Shown here one piece after another: positions 1-10,543 of a stretch of 64,000 nt of DNA. Made by a program: the position numbers and the translations under genes. The first letter of the stretch is position 1, and each line of letters opens with the position of its first letter. The notes beneath the pieces are model-generated. The model was not told the origin of the DNA. It saw nothing but the letters and a program-made list of their open reading frames with translations, and ran no database searches. This DNA comes from Thermoproteota archaeon (GTDB taxonomy: Archaea; Thermoproteota; Thermoprotei; Gearchaeales; Gearchaeaceae), in NCBI GenBank assembly GCA_021324265.1, contig JAJPJK010000009.1, forward strand, positions 802 through 64,801. Reading direction: 5' to 3'.

Positions 1-438
1 CATTTCTCTATCTAAATTCCTGAATGCAGTTAAATAGCCTGACGAATCGATTATATAATCTGCGTTTTCCTCCTTGAACTTAAAAAACTTCCCCATTTCT
101 ATCTTTCCTCCTTTTTTAATTACTACATCTGCAAGATCTTGCAAAAAAGCAGCCTTGTTTATTATGATCCCCTTGTCCTTGAATGGTGAGCTTATAGTTC
201 GTAAATAAACACCCTCGAAATAAATATTCACTTGCTTGAACCTAGTGAGTATCCACTTATGGTTTTCATGAATATCAAAAGGTAATACTTCAAGCGCCTC
301 TCCATGAAGCGCTTCGCCGCAAGGCTTGAAAGCGAATACGTTCCTCCCTTCATATACCTTAACATCATGCCCTCGTTCCAATGCATGATATGCAAAGGTT
401 AAACCTGCTGGACCTGCTCCAATTATTAAGAACTTCAT
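1..438 (-). CDS. Geranylgeranyl reductase-family NAD(P)/FAD-dependent oxidoreductase (3' end outside window)
   Basis: Manual translation from ATG at 438: MKFLIIGAGPAGLTFAYHALERGHDVKVYE...KPCGEAL; GxGxxG FAD motif plus GGR-type KPCG motif; not in ORF track because truncated. Confidence 0.8.
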   Translation of the reverse strand, partial: MKFLIIGAGPAGLTFAYHALERGHDVKVYEGRNVFAFKPCGEALHGEALEVLPFDIHENHKWILTRFKQVNIYFEGVYLRTISSPFKDKGIIINKAAFLQDLADVVIKKGGKIEMGKFFKFKEENADYIIDSSGYLTAFRNLDREM

Positions 439-446
439 GTCATGCT

Positions 447-797
447 TCAGCTTTCCTTATATGCTATTGCCTCGATTTCAACAATTGAACCCATGGGGAG
501 AGAATTGACGAAGACCATAGATCTTGCAGGAAAACCTTCCTTGAAGTAGGATGAGTATACTTCATTGAACACCCTAGCTTGTGTTGGATCTGCAAGATAT
601 ACTGTAACTTTCGCGATATCTTCAATTCTAAGGTCATTTTGGCTCAGAACATCTTTGAGATTCTCCATTACTTGCTTAAATGCCTGTCTTGGATCAGTTT
701 CGACTACTCCTTTTTCGTTCAAAGGTATAACGCCAGAAATGAAGAAAAAGGAAGATGCTTTCTTAACCAGTGAGTAAGGCCCAATTGGCTTATACAT
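447..797 (-). CDS. ridA: RidA/YjgF/UK114 family enamine deaminase
   Basis: PIGPYS, SGVIP, KVTVYL, FPARS, VEIEAIA motifs. Confidence 0.9.
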   Translation of the reverse strand: MYKPIGPYSLVKKASSFFFISGVIPLNEKGVVETDPRQAFKQVMENLKDVLSQNDLRIEDIAKVTVYLADPTQARVFNEVYSSYFKEGFPARSMVFVNSLPMGSIVEIEAIAYKES

Positions 798-804
798 AAC
801 TTAA

Positions 805-1089
805 CTATACTTTTTCTAGGAATAAAATGGCTTCGTCAATGCTTTTAAATATACTCTCTTCTCCTCCCTTCTCTAAAGAGATTGATTCTATATCGAAATT
901 GTTGATGAGATCTCTTAGAGTTAGATTCCCAAAAGCTTGAAACCACTTCACTTGCAATCCTGTGGTTTTATCCTCCACTTTTATTGCTTTCCCCAATACT
1001 AGTGAATATTTGACTTTTTTAAAATCTATTCTGAGTAAAAACTTTTTGTTCATAGCCAACTCTCTTAATCTATTCAATTTTGCTTCCAA
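805..1089 (-). CDS. Hypothetical protein
   Basis: 94-aa ORF filling the gap between hisS and ridA on the same strand. Confidence 0.6.
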   Translation of the reverse strand: MEAKLNRLRELAMNKKFLLRIDFKKVKYSLVLGKAIKVEDKTTGLQVKWFQAFGNLTLRDLINNFDIESISLEKGGEESIFKSIDEAILFLEKV

Positions 1090-1101
1090 TGAGACTTTTT
1101 T

Positions 1102-2397
1102 CTAATCTTTTCTTTTAAATTTTAGCAAGAAATCAGCAAGATTATCTATAGCAACCTCATACTGTGTTCTCTCCTTTAGATTTCTCACTGCAACTTTTCC
1201 TTCACGCAATTCCTTTGAACCTAATATTATGAAAAGATCATAGCCAAGCTTCGAGGCCTTGGCCAATGCCTGAGCGATGTCTTTTTCTCCAGTTTCTATT
1301 ACTGCTTGGAAATCATGCTTCCTTAGAATTGCAGCTATTTCAAAAACTTTTGATACCAAAGAATCACTTTGATCAAGCGCAAATATCATTGCACTGGATA
1401 AGTTTTTTTTGAATTCCTTCTTCAGTAACAAAGCTATTCTATCTATCCCAAGCGCACATCCTGTAGCTGGCGTCTTCGGTCCACCGTAATATTCGATGAG
1501 CAAGTCATATCTTCCGCCTCCTCCTATTGAAACCTCCAGTTCCTTATGCTGGAATTCGTAGATGATGCCTGTATAATACTCTATACCCCTCGCAAAAGAT
1601 AGATCGAGAACAATTTCTTTTATGCCTATAAGTCTTAGAACATCATATATGTACTTTATATCATTTACAGTTTCTTTCAATTCTTCATTCTTCAAAAGAT
1701 GGAGAGCTTCAGAGATCTTCGCTTCAGCAGTTCCTTGGAGATTCGCAAGCTGCGATATGGATTCATATGCCTCATTACCTTTTTCATATTTATTGAGCTC
1801 TTTCTTTAGATCATCGAACTTACGCTTATCAGTCAAGTAAAGGAAATAAGGCAAAGAACCATATTCAACACCTGCATTCAAGAAAATTTTCTTTATTAGA
1901 TCCATGCTACCTAGCTTAAGGCTAACTTCTCCGAGTTCTAACGTTTCGAAAATGTCATATGCAAGCCTTATCACCTCGATATCTGCAAGCGCACTTTTAG
2001 AGCCTAGATGCTCAAAACCGGCTTGCCAGAATTCCCTGTATCTAGCTTTTTGAGGCTCATCGTATCTAAATACATTGGCAAAGTAGGAAATCCTCAATGG
2101 CTTAGGCATGACCTGTAGCTTATTTATGAATACCCTTGCAACGGAAGGAGTTAATTCAGGCCTCAACGCAATTTTTCTCCCTGAAAGGTCATCGAAAACA
2201 TACATCCTTTTGGTTATTTCATATCCAGATTTCTCAGCGAATAGCGAATAATATTCTATCGTAGGAAGTATCGCTTCTCTATAACCGTACTTGTAACTAA
2301 TCTCTCTACTTATGTCAATAATATAGAGTAATTTTTCAGCCTCATCATAGAGCAGATCGCGCATTCCTCTAACAAGCTGTGGCTTCTCCTGCTTCAT
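1102..2397 (-). CDS. hisS: Histidine--tRNA ligase
   Basis: RGMRD, LRPELTPS, FRYDEPQKARYREFWQ, ARGIEYYTG, GGGRYD motifs; start set at MKQEK (2397), overlapping the upstream stop. Confidence 0.97.
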   Translation of the reverse strand: MKQEKPQLVRGMRDLLYDEAEKLLYIIDISREISYKYGYREAILPTIEYYSLFAEKSGYEITKRMYVFDDLSGRKIALRPELTPSVARVFINKLQVMPKPLRISYFANVFRYDEPQKARYREFWQAGFEHLGSKSALADIEVIRLAYDIFETLELGEVSLKLGSMDLIKKIFLNAGVEYGSLPYFLYLTDKRKFDDLKKELNKYEKGNEAYESISQLANLQGTAEAKISEALHLLKNEELKETVNDIKYIYDVLRLIGIKEIVLDLSFARGIEYYTGIIYEFQHKELEVSIGGGGRYDLLIEYYGGPKTPATGCALGIDRIALLLKKEFKKNLSSAMIFALDQSDSLVSKVFEIAAILRKHDFQAVIETGEKDIAQALAKASKLGYDLFIILGSKELREGKVAVRNLKERTQYEVAIDNLADFLLKFKRKD

Positions 2398-3278
2398 ATC
2401 GATGCTAAGAAAAAGCATAGGAGAGATAAAAACATAGCAAATAAATATCTGTTCTTCGTTATGTATGCTTGATTTTTCTCAGGCTTTTTGAGCACTAAAT
2501 AACTATAATACATGAAGATAAAGTCTGCTAAAATTAAGAGTGGTATGAAGTAAATGTTCAAATATCCCAAAATGAATGGAGTGAAGCTGAGTGCTACAGC
2601 TATTGCTATGAACACAAAGGCAAGCTTCGATGCGAAATCAGGACCTTTCGTATTTGCTATGGTTTTTATTCCTATAGCCCTATCTCCTACAATATCTACA
2701 ATACCTTTCACGATCTCTCTGCTCAAGTTAGAAAGAAAGGATAAGATGCATAAAATCATGATGGTGAAGAAATTGTTCATGCCTACTAGACTTGCGCCAT
2801 ATATAAAGGGCAACGTTGTAGTATAGGCTACTGCGATGTTGCCAAGAAGGCCTCTTCGTTTGAGCAGAAAGTTGTAAAGATATGCAACGATGATGCCACT
2901 AAATGCTATGGCAATGGAAATGGGATTGAGCAAAGATAAGGCTATGATGATGCCCATTACTGCAAGTAAAATAGCATAATAAAATGCGAAACTCCTTGTT
3001 ATTAGGCCGGCAGGTATAGGTTTCTTGGGGAAGTTTATTGCGTCTATTTCATAATCAACATAATCATTAAGAGCCATGGAAGAAGCTGAAAGGAAGAAAC
3101 CTACTAAAAAAGGTAGCAAAAGATTTGAGACACCTAAAACTTCTCCAAACAGGCTTGATAATGGAACTGAATACCAGTTGTGATTGGATATTTGAAGGCC
3201 GACCAATACACCTATGCCCATCATTATTGAATTGGGGATCCTAATGATCTTCAACGCTCCTTTTAACTTAGTGCTCAT
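2394..3278 (-). CDS. UbiA-family prenyltransferase, probable digeranylgeranylglyceryl phosphate (DGGGP) synthase
   Basis: NDYVDYEIDAINFPKKPIPAG and REIVKGIVDIVGD motifs, multi-TM. Confidence 0.9.
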   Translation of the reverse strand: MSTKLKGALKIIRIPNSIMMGIGVLVGLQISNHNWYSVPLSSLFGEVLGVSNLLLPFLVGFFLSASSMALNDYVDYEIDAINFPKKPIPAGLITRSFAFYYAILLAVMGIIIALSLLNPISIAIAFSGIIVAYLYNFLLKRRGLLGNIAVAYTTTLPFIYGASLVGMNNFFTIMILCILSFLSNLSREIVKGIVDIVGDRAIGIKTIANTKGPDFASKLAFVFIAIAVALSFTPFILGYLNIYFIPLLILADFIFMYYSYLVLKKPEKNQAYITKNRYLFAMFLSLLCFFLASI

Positions 3279-3790
3279 AAGTTGATCTTAGAGGCCTCAT
3301 AGAAAGAAACATCGCTATTCGAATCTATTACAGCGAAAACCATTGTCTTACGCATCCTTATAGCAAAGGCAAGGATTTCATTGAGCTTCTCTATTTCAAG
3401 GCTTTCGCCCTCATGCAAAATAGAAACAATGTATTTTGCAGCCTCTTCCTTTATGGAACTTCCTTTTTCATAAAGCAAGAAATCATATGGTCCTCCATAG
3501 CCCTTGCGAACCAAGTAATTCTTTTCTCTAAGTTTGAGATAAACAAGGAATTTCTCCCAAACTCGACGATCGTTCTTTAAAAAATATTTCAGTGCATCAT
3601 CGAAGCTCAAATCATTGTTATTGTATTCTATCGAGGCCTGATTCTTGAAAAGCAAATAGAGCGCTTCAAAGTTTTCCAATCTAAGATCATCACCTTCTTC
3701 AAAGCCATACCCTTGATCCATTAGCCTAGCAGCATATTTTTTAGGTATCTTTACATTGAAATTCTCATCCATGATGAGCTTGAGATTCAT
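3275..3790 (-). CDS. endA: tRNA-splicing endonuclease subunit (probably structural/beta)
   Basis: EALYL, FLVYLKLR, DFLLYEKG, RMRK motifs of the EndA fold; catalytic His position appears to be Ala. Confidence 0.8.
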   Translation of the reverse strand: MNLKLIMDENFNVKIPKKYAARLMDQGYGFEEGDDLRLENFEALYLLFKNQASIEYNNNDLSFDDALKYFLKNDRRVWEKFLVYLKLREKNYLVRKGYGGPYDFLLYEKGSSIKEEAAKYIVSILHEGESLEIEKLNEILAFAIRMRKTMVFAVIDSNSDVSFYEASKINL

Positions 3791-3824
3791 ATAAAGATAA
3801 TATTAGGCTATCTTTAATACATCT

Positions 3825-4841
3825 ATGCTCATAAACATTAGGTATGAAGATGGAGAGGTCAAGTTCATCGATACTACGCTATTACCAAATAAGTTCAGAA
3901 TAGTTTCTACAAAAGATCCTGATGTGATAATTGAAGCGATAAGGAAGATGAAGATTAGAGGTGCTCCTGCAATCGGTGCAGCATCTGCACTTTGCTTAGC
4001 TCTGGCTGCGAACAAAGCTCAGAAGAATAATAAAGAAGAACTGAAAAAGATCATCGATGACTATGCTAGGAAGCTCATCGAAGCAAGGCCTACTGCATAT
4101 AACATGTACTATGCTATCAAGCGAATTCAACGCGTCATTGAGGAAAATGACAATGATATAAGACAAAAGATTCTCGATGAAGCACTTAAGATATGTGAAG
4201 AAGACATAGAAGCTAATAGGAAAATAGCAGAATTGGGGGCTTCTCTAATAAAGGATGGAGACAGGATCTTAACACATTGCAACACTGGCGCGCTTGCAAC
4301 AGTGGGCATAGGAACAGCATTGGGAATAATTTCCTATGCAGCTAAAACGAAGAAAATATTTGTCTACGCAACAGAAACAAGGCCTGTGCTCCAAGGGGCT
4401 AGGCTTACTGCATGGGAATTAAGGGCCCAGAAAATACCTTATAAAATTCTTCCAGATAGCGCTGTAGGCTACTTACTGAAGAGAGGAGAAGTTGACAAGA
4501 TATTTGTGGGAGCAGATAGGATATTCTCGACAGGCCATGTCATTAACAAAATAGGCACTTTTACTATTGCAGTTTTGGCTAAACGCTTCAACATTCCTTT
4601 CTATGTTGCAGCGCCTACGAGCACGATAGATTTCAAGAATAAGGTTGAGGATGTTAAGGTTGAGGAGAGATCGAGAGAAGAAGTTATAAGGATAAAAAGA
4701 CTTTACATCGCTCCAAAGGATGCAAATGCCTTTAATCCTGCTTTCGACATCACAGATCCTGAGCTAATCGATGCGATAATAACTGAAAAAGGTATTGTAT
4801 ACAGACCTTTTGAAAGAAGTCTCAAAGAATTGATATTATAG
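3825..4841 (+). CDS. mtnA: S-methyl-5-thioribose-1-phosphate isomerase
   Basis: IRGAPAIG, RPTA, THCNTGALAT, ETRPVLQGARLTAWEL, NKIGT motifs. Confidence 0.92.
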   Translation: MLINIRYEDGEVKFIDTTLLPNKFRIVSTKDPDVIIEAIRKMKIRGAPAIGAASALCLALAANKAQKNNKEELKKIIDDYARKLIEARPTAYNMYYAIKRIQRVIEENDNDIRQKILDEALKICEEDIEANRKIAELGASLIKDGDRILTHCNTGALATVGIGTALGIISYAAKTKKIFVYATETRPVLQGARLTAWELRAQKIPYKILPDSAVGYLLKRGEVDKIFVGADRIFSTGHVINKIGTFTIAVLAKRFNIPFYVAAPTSTIDFKNKVEDVKVEERSREEVIRIKRLYIAPKDANAFNPAFDITDPELIDAIITEKGIVYRPFERSLKELIL

Positions 4842-5631
4842 GTATATTCGAATCTTTGCTAACCCTGATTTCCAGTTCCTTTAAAATTTTCTTATTTTTC
4901 ACCTGTAAAAAGGCCATAGCTATTATTTTTGAATCCATCCTAGCCCTCCTCAACAACGTAACCAATGCTAGATAGTCATCCGGAACATCCAAGCTATGAC
5001 CAACGATTAATATGCGATCGTTTGGCTTTATGGAATGCTTAGGTAAAGCTATGCTTTTCCTTATCTCAGCGCCAGTGCTTGAGCTCTTTATTACATAGTT
5101 ATATTCAATTCGCTTTTCTGGAAAGAGATACCTTTCCTCATATGCCAAGATGAGCTTAGATTTCGATAACATAGCTAGAGAATAGCCCAAAAAGGCATCT
5201 TTGTAAGCGAAACAGACTACTTTGTTGAAGTTAGATGGTAGCAATGAATGGAGGATGTAAGATGAGAAAAAATAGTAAAATTGAGGATTGATTACTTGGA
5301 TGCCGGACTCTTCCTGAAGCTTGCTCATAAGTTTCATCATCAACTTCTTATCCAGACTTTTAGTTATGATCACTTCAGCCTTGCTAACACTCGGCAATAC
5401 ATGACCAGATAAATATCTAGAGAGTGTTGAAGGATCGATGTTGAATATGCTTGCAAGTTCTCTATAAGTAGAGAAGCTTTTTATTGAACGTAGAAGTTCC
5501 ACAGCGAATATCTTCATCTGATTCAAGCGTAGCTTATTTTCTTCAGACTTAGGATCTTGAGAGTTGGACGATTCATCATCCAAGAACATTTTCGCAAATA
5601 ATTTTCGAAAAAGTTTAAATACTTTTCCCAT
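4822..5631 (-). CDS. HTH + phosphoribosyltransferase-like domain protein (PurR/Apt-like regulator); start uncertain (5631 or 5589)
   Basis: TYRELASIFNIDPSTLSRYLSGHVLPS HTH, then a PRT-like domain with a degenerate PRPP loop (RILIVGHSL). Confidence 0.7.
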   Translation of the reverse strand: MGKVFKLFRKLFAKMFLDDESSNSQDPKSEENKLRLNQMKIFAVELLRSIKSFSTYRELASIFNIDPSTLSRYLSGHVLPSVSKAEVIITKSLDKKLMMKLMSKLQEESGIQVINPQFYYFFSSYILHSLLPSNFNKVVCFAYKDAFLGYSLAMLSKSKLILAYEERYLFPEKRIEYNYVIKSSSTGAEIRKSIALPKHSIKPNDRILIVGHSLDVPDDYLALVTLLRRARMDSKIIAMAFLQVKNKKILKELEIRVSKDSNIPIISIL

Positions 5632-5658
5632 AACAAAGTAAAACAAGGAAAAGCGTAG

Positions 5659-6054
5659 GTGGGACAAAAACCTATTCAGGTAGGTAAGAAGGAAAAAGTC
5701 ATTGGAAAACATGTATACGGAAATCTGTACGAATGCGATTTAAACGCGATTTCTAACGAAGAATATCTCAAAGAAACAGTAATCAATGCTGCAAAAATTG
5801 CTAACATGCACCTAGTAGATATTCATTCATGGAGTTTCGAGGGGCCCAAAGGTGGAATATCTGTAATCGCCTTAATATCTGAAAGCCACATATCGATCCA
5901 TTCATGGAAAGAATACAATTATGCAAGCGTCGACGTATATACCTGTGGTTACAAGAGCAAACCAATGAAGGCCTTTAAATACATCCTCGAAAGACTAAAA
6001 CCCAAAAAATACAATCTACACAAGGTAAAAAGGCTAGGATATAAACTATACTAA
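5659..6054 (+). CDS. Pyruvoyl-dependent AdoMetDC-family decarboxylase proenzyme, likely crenarchaeal-type arginine decarboxylase
   Basis: GKHVYGNLY, WSFEGPKGGISVIALISESHISIHSW (ESH cleavage site), DVYTCG. Confidence 0.85.
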   Translation: MGQKPIQVGKKEKVIGKHVYGNLYECDLNAISNEEYLKETVINAAKIANMHLVDIHSWSFEGPKGGISVIALISESHISIHSWKEYNYASVDVYTCGYKSKPMKAFKYILERLKPKKYNLHKVKRLGYKLY

Positions 6055-6059
6055 ATTTT

Positions 6060-6692
6060 TTATTTTCTTGGTCTCCTTTCTCCTTTAACTATGTAGAGTA
6101 CAGCCTCAGCTATATATGAAGCATGATCAGCTATCCTTTCTAAATACCGCAATATCAGCGTTGCAGAAACTGCGCATCTCAAATCTTGTGGCTTTTCCTT
6201 TATCAGATTTGATAGATGGGATTCATAAATGTCATCGATATCATCATCCATCTTATCGACCTCTTCTGCTTTTGCGAGATCTTTATTTATGAAGGCTTCA
6301 ATGCTGAGATTAATCATTTTATGAACTATGTCATTAGCTTTAATTATCTTAGTTTGGTCGCAAGATGATAGATCGCCAAAAACTTCAAGGACTTGCATAA
6401 TGTCATAAGCGTATCTTCCAAATCTTGAAAAGCCATAAGCTATCTCCATACAAGACTTAATGTATCTTAAATCCGAAGCAACTGGCTGATATCTCGCTAT
6501 TAGCTCAACTGCAAGCTCACTAACTTCATCTTGTAATATCCTAAGCGTCTCAGAGTTATTGAATATCTTCTCAGTCAGTCTTTCATTCTTTAAATAAGCA
6601 CGCACAGCTAGTTCAACAGTTTCCCTCGATAGATTAGCCATCCTTATTATCTTGGAATTAAGCCTAGCAAGACCTTCGTCTATTAGCCTCAT
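6060..6692 (-). CDS. phoU: Phosphate signalling protein PhoU
   Basis: [17 protein letters not shown]; last gene of the pst operon. Confidence 0.93.
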   Translation of the reverse strand: MRLIDEGLARLNSKIIRMANLSRETVELAVRAYLKNERLTEKIFNNSETLRILQDEVSELAVELIARYQPVASDLRYIKSCMEIAYGFSRFGRYAYDIMQVLEVFGDLSSCDQTKIIKANDIVHKMINLSIEAFINKDLAKAEEVDKMDDDIDDIYESHLSNLIKEKPQDLRCAVSATLILRYLERIADHASYIAEAVLYIVKGERRPRK

Positions 6693-7459
6693 CCAAACTT
6701 ACCTGTGATATATCTTTCAGTTAACTCGTTTTTAGGAGTTTCGAACAGTTCCTCTGTAGGTGCGAATTCGATGAGCTTACCTAGATACATAAATGCTGTG
6801 TAATCAGCGATCCTCGCAGCTTGTTGCATGTTATGTGTTACTATGACAATTGTATATTCCCTTTTAAGCTCTACGAGAAGTTGTTCAATCTTCGAAGTAG
6901 CTACTGGATCCAGTGCAGAAGTTGGCTCATCTAACAGAATTACCTCTGGATTATATGCTATCGCTCTAGCGATGCATAACCTTTGCTGCTGACCGCCAGA
7001 TAGACTTGCACCTGATTTATGCAATGCGTCCTTAACTTCATCGAGTAAATAAGCCTTCTTAAGCGAATCCATAACGATCTCGTCAATTTTCTTCTTATCC
7101 CTAATACCATTTATCTTCAGCCCGATCGCAACATTGTCATAGACTGAAAGCATAGGAAATGGGTTTGGTTTTTGGAAAACCATACCCATGTGACGCCTTA
7201 TCTCAACAGGATCTACTTTGCTATCGTAAATATTACCTTTGAAATTCTTTCCATAAAAATAGATTTCGCCTTCCACTCTATTGCCTGGTGTGAGTTCATG
7301 GAGGCGATTCAAGCAGCGAAGGAAAGTAGTTTTTCCGCATCCTGAAGGACCTATTATTGCAGTTATGTTGTATCTAGGAATTTGAAGACTCACATTATAT
7401 AGAACTTGCTTCTCTCCATACCAAGCATTGAGATTTTTGACATCGATGATGATATCCAT
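6689..7459 (-). CDS. pstB: Phosphate ABC transporter ATPase
   Basis: [38 protein letters not shown]. Confidence 0.98.
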   Translation of the reverse strand: MDIIIDVKNLNAWYGEKQVLYNVSLQIPRYNITAIIGPSGCGKTTFLRCLNRLHELTPGNRVEGEIYFYGKNFKGNIYDSKVDPVEIRRHMGMVFQKPNPFPMLSVYDNVAIGLKINGIRDKKKIDEIVMDSLKKAYLLDEVKDALHKSGASLSGGQQQRLCIARAIAYNPEVILLDEPTSALDPVATSKIEQLLVELKREYTIVIVTHNMQQAARIADYTAFMYLGKLIEFAPTEELFETPKNELTERYITGKFG

Positions 7460-7461
7460 AT

Positions 7462-8352
7462 TTATCTTATCATCCTTCTTTCGATTAAAATTCTCAATGC
7501 TATATTAAGGATTAAAACGACAAGTATCAGCAATAGAGATGCTGCCCAAGCTTGTGCTCTATAATCTTCATACGGAGATAACCCATAGGTAAATATCGCC
7601 AAAGGTAAGGCTCCAATTCTATCATAGAAACTCGTAAACCAATAAAAACTCCCCAATACTGTAAGTAGAAGCGGTGCTGCTTCTCCAGCTATCCTCGAAA
7701 GTGCCAGTATATAAGACAATATTAGCCCTCCTCTAGCATAGCTAAGCGATATTGTTAAAACCATTCTCCAGCGTGGCATACCCATAGCCAATGCTGCTTC
7801 CTTTATAGAAGTAGGCACTAAATTAAGTGCTTCTTCAACAGATTTTGTCACTATCGGTATCATCAAAAGCGCAAGAGATATAGATCCTGCAATCGCAGAG
7901 AAACCTGTCGGGCCTATGCAAATGCTGCCTAAGCATAGAGCATTGATTCCAAATAACTTGAAAATGTCTCCTCTGACAATGATTACATAGACGAATATGC
8001 CTATAACTATTGCTGGAAATTCAGCAAAGACATCAACAAAAAACCGAACAACAGGAGCAAATTTATGCTCTCTGTATTCAGATATAAATATTCCCATTAG
8101 TAATCCTACGGGGAATCCTATTAAAGAGGCTACAGCTGAGAGAATAATTGTTCCTTGAATATAGTTGCCTATACCTCCGCCTGGAATTCCAGGTGGTGCT
8201 GGGAGATTTGTTAAAAGACTAAAAGAAATTGCAGAAATTCCGTTCGCAATAACTTCCGCCAATATCCAGATCAAGGGAACGAGAGTTATTATCAGAGCTA
8301 GAGAACAAATAGCTACAAAAAGGATGTTATAAAGTTTTATTTTCTTGATCAT
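7462..8352 (-). CDS. pstA: Phosphate ABC transporter permease
   Basis: [25 protein letters not shown]; operon position. Confidence 0.95.
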   Translation of the reverse strand: MIKKIKLYNILFVAICSLALIITLVPLIWILAEVIANGISAISFSLLTNLPAPPGIPGGGIGNYIQGTIILSAVASLIGFPVGLLMGIFISEYREHKFAPVVRFFVDVFAEFPAIVIGIFVYVIIVRGDIFKLFGINALCLGSICIGPTGFSAIAGSISLALLMIPIVTKSVEEALNLVPTSIKEAALAMGMPRWRMVLTISLSYARGGLILSYILALSRIAGEAAPLLLTVLGSFYWFTSFYDRIGALPLAIFTYGLSPYEDYRAQAWAASLLLILVVLILNIALRILIERRMIR

Positions 8353-9260
8353 ATCGCTAGCCTCATGAATCTTGTTGTCCTGTATATTATCAGCCTTGCA
8401 ACTACGATATTAGCAAGCGCTATAACGAAAAGTACAAAACCTGCAGCGATAAGAGCGCTATAATGCAAAGGGCTAGTCGCTTCTGTAAATTCATTGACGA
8501 TCAAAGATGGCAATGTATAACCAGTAGCAAAAATGCTATTTGGGAAAAGATGGCTTCCACCTATCACCATAGCTACTGCCATAGCTTCTCCGAAAGCTCT
8601 TGCAAAACCTAACATTATTGCTGCAATGATCGTTAGTTTGATATGAGTGAAAATTATTCTTGCAGACTGATAACGCATCGCTCCCAAAGCTATGGCAGCT
8701 TCCTTTATACTAGCAGGCAGAAGTTCTATAGCTTCCTTAGTTATTGAAGTGATGGTTGGTAGTATCATAATTGCTAGCAATATACCTGCAGTCAAAATAC
8801 CGTAACCTGTGATTGCCCCTCCGAAGCCTGGCAAGAAGTAAAAAGCACTTTGAAGCGGTACATATATGTTATCACGCAGAAATGGAACAAGAACCAATAT
8901 CCCCCAAAGACCATATACTACACTAGGTACTGCTGCAAGAAGTTCAACGAGAGAAGTGATATAAATTTTCAATCTTGAAGGAACTAGCTCAGAAATGAAA
9001 TACGAAGTAAGTAAAGCTACAGGTATCGCTAAAATTAAAGCTATGAAACATGTTAGGAATGAACCCAATATTACTGGTGCAATTCCGAAGACTCCTCTTA
9101 CAGGATCCCATGTGCTACTTAAAATGAAATTAAAACCGAAAATATCGAATATTGATGAAGAGCCTCTATAAAGTTCAAAACCTAAGAGAAATACGATGAC
9201 TACGAATAATGCCGAGATAAATAGAAGAATATAGAGAAAAATCTTATCTCCTCGCATCAA
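8349..9260 (-). CDS. pstC: Phosphate ABC transporter permease
   Basis: ELLAAVPSVVYGLWG, ARAFGEAMAV. Confidence 0.96.
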   Translation of the reverse strand: MMRGDKIFLYILLFISALFVVIVFLLGFELYRGSSSIFDIFGFNFILSSTWDPVRGVFGIAPVILGSFLTCFIALILAIPVALLTSYFISELVPSRLKIYITSLVELLAAVPSVVYGLWGILVLVPFLRDNIYVPLQSAFYFLPGFGGAITGYGILTAGILLAIMILPTITSITKEAIELLPASIKEAAIALGAMRYQSARIIFTHIKLTIIAAIMLGFARAFGEAMAVAMVIGGSHLFPNSIFATGYTLPSLIVNEFTEATSPLHYSALIAAGFVLFVIALANIVVARLIIYRTTRFMRLAI

Positions 9261-9278
9261 AGTTCTAAAAAACTATTG

Positions 9279-10439
9279 CTATAAATTCATTCCGTTGTAT
9301 GTTACCATCGATAGCGTCTGTAGATCTAGATTCTGAACAGATTGTGGCAGTGGCACATAATATAGATTTGTTGCATATTGTTGCCCATCAGTAACGAGCC
9401 ACTTTAAGAAGTTAACCAATGCTTGAGCTTTTTCTTTTGTCATGTTAGGAATCTTAGAGAGCTCTTTGTGTATAACGATATATGTGAAGGTGACAATAGG
9501 ATAAGCGCCAAACAAGGTATGATTGCTTTTGGACATTTGTATAAATGTTCTTACCATGGATACGCTTGACCAATCTTGATCCCCTCTAGGAAGGGAGAGA
9601 GCTACATAGCTAACAGTTTTCGAGATGCTTTCTATAGTTGGAGCTACGAATTCTCCAGTGGATGGATTTTCGACATAACCATAGTTTATGTTGTTTTTCA
9701 AGGCATATGTAAACTCCACGTAGCCTATGCTATATGGAGTATTTTTTACTGCGCTAGCAACGCCTTCACTGCCTTTACCTCCCAAGCTATTTGTTCCAGG
9801 CCAATTCACAGATAATCCAGAACCTACAGTTTGTGCCCATTCTTGTGATACAGAAGAAAGATAATCTGTAAATACGCCCGTAGTTCCACTTCCATCTGAT
9901 CTATGAACAGTCGTTATAGGCTGGTTTATATTAGCAAGTATTGGATTTAATTTAACCAATGCCGGATCGTTCCATTTCGTTATTTTCCCTAAATAAATAT
10001 CTGCGATTACTTCACCTGTGAAATTTAAGTGTGTATTCGGTGGCAAATCTGGTATATTGTATGTTAACACCACTCCTCCTATAGCTTCAGGTATATGCAA
10101 TGCATCACCGGCCTGCTGCCATGCCTGCGTGCTCAACGGAACATCTGTTGCGCCGAAATCCACTGCGTTGGCTAAGAATTGCTGTATACCTGCACCGCTT
10201 CCTATGGATGCATAATCTACTTCAACGCCATATTTTTGCTGGTAATAATAGGCTGCAGTTTGTAAGAAGTAAGTAACAAATGTTGAACCTGCTCCAGATA
10301 TTCTGATCGGTTGAGATCCTTGCGAACCTGAAGTTCCTGGATTGTTTGAAAGCATCCAGTAAGCTACACCTCCAATTGCAACTATAGCTACTATAACTAT
10401 ACTCAATACCAACCTGCTCATCCCAGAGCTATCCATCAC
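9279..10439 (-). CDS. pstS: Phosphate ABC transporter substrate-binding protein
   Basis: N-terminal TM anchor, GAGSTF, GSGAG, HRSDGSGTT, AYPIV motifs. Confidence 0.97.
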   Translation of the reverse strand: MMDSSGMSRLVLSIVIVAIVAIGGVAYWMLSNNPGTSGSQGSQPIRISGAGSTFVTYFLQTAAYYYQQKYGVEVDYASIGSGAGIQQFLANAVDFGATDVPLSTQAWQQAGDALHIPEAIGGVVLTYNIPDLPPNTHLNFTGEVIADIYLGKITKWNDPALVKLNPILANINQPITTVHRSDGSGTTGVFTDYLSSVSQEWAQTVGSGLSVNWPGTNSLGGKGSEGVASAVKNTPYSIGYVEFTYALKNNINYGYVENPSTGEFVAPTIESISKTVSYVALSLPRGDQDWSSVSMVRTFIQMSKSNHTLFGAYPIVTFTYIVIHKELSKIPNMTKEKAQALVNFLKWLVTDGQQYATNLYYVPLPQSVQNLDLQTLSMVTYNGMNL

Positions 10440-10449
10440 GGATTAGTGG

Positions 10450-10518
10450 CTATAGATAGATTTATTTATTAAGTATTTAGGTTATTTAGATATATCTTCA
10501 TCTATATAGATTTTATTT
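10450..10518. promoter_or_regulatory. Divergent pstS/phoU-regulator promoter region with palindromes
   Basis: Perfect palindromes AGATATATCT (10488-10497) and ATCTATATAGAT (10500-10511); imperfect direct repeat CTATAGATAGATTTATTT / CTATATAGATTTTATTT. Confidence 0.45.
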
Positions 10519-10543
10519 ATAGTATGTAGCTTAATTTTCTTAT

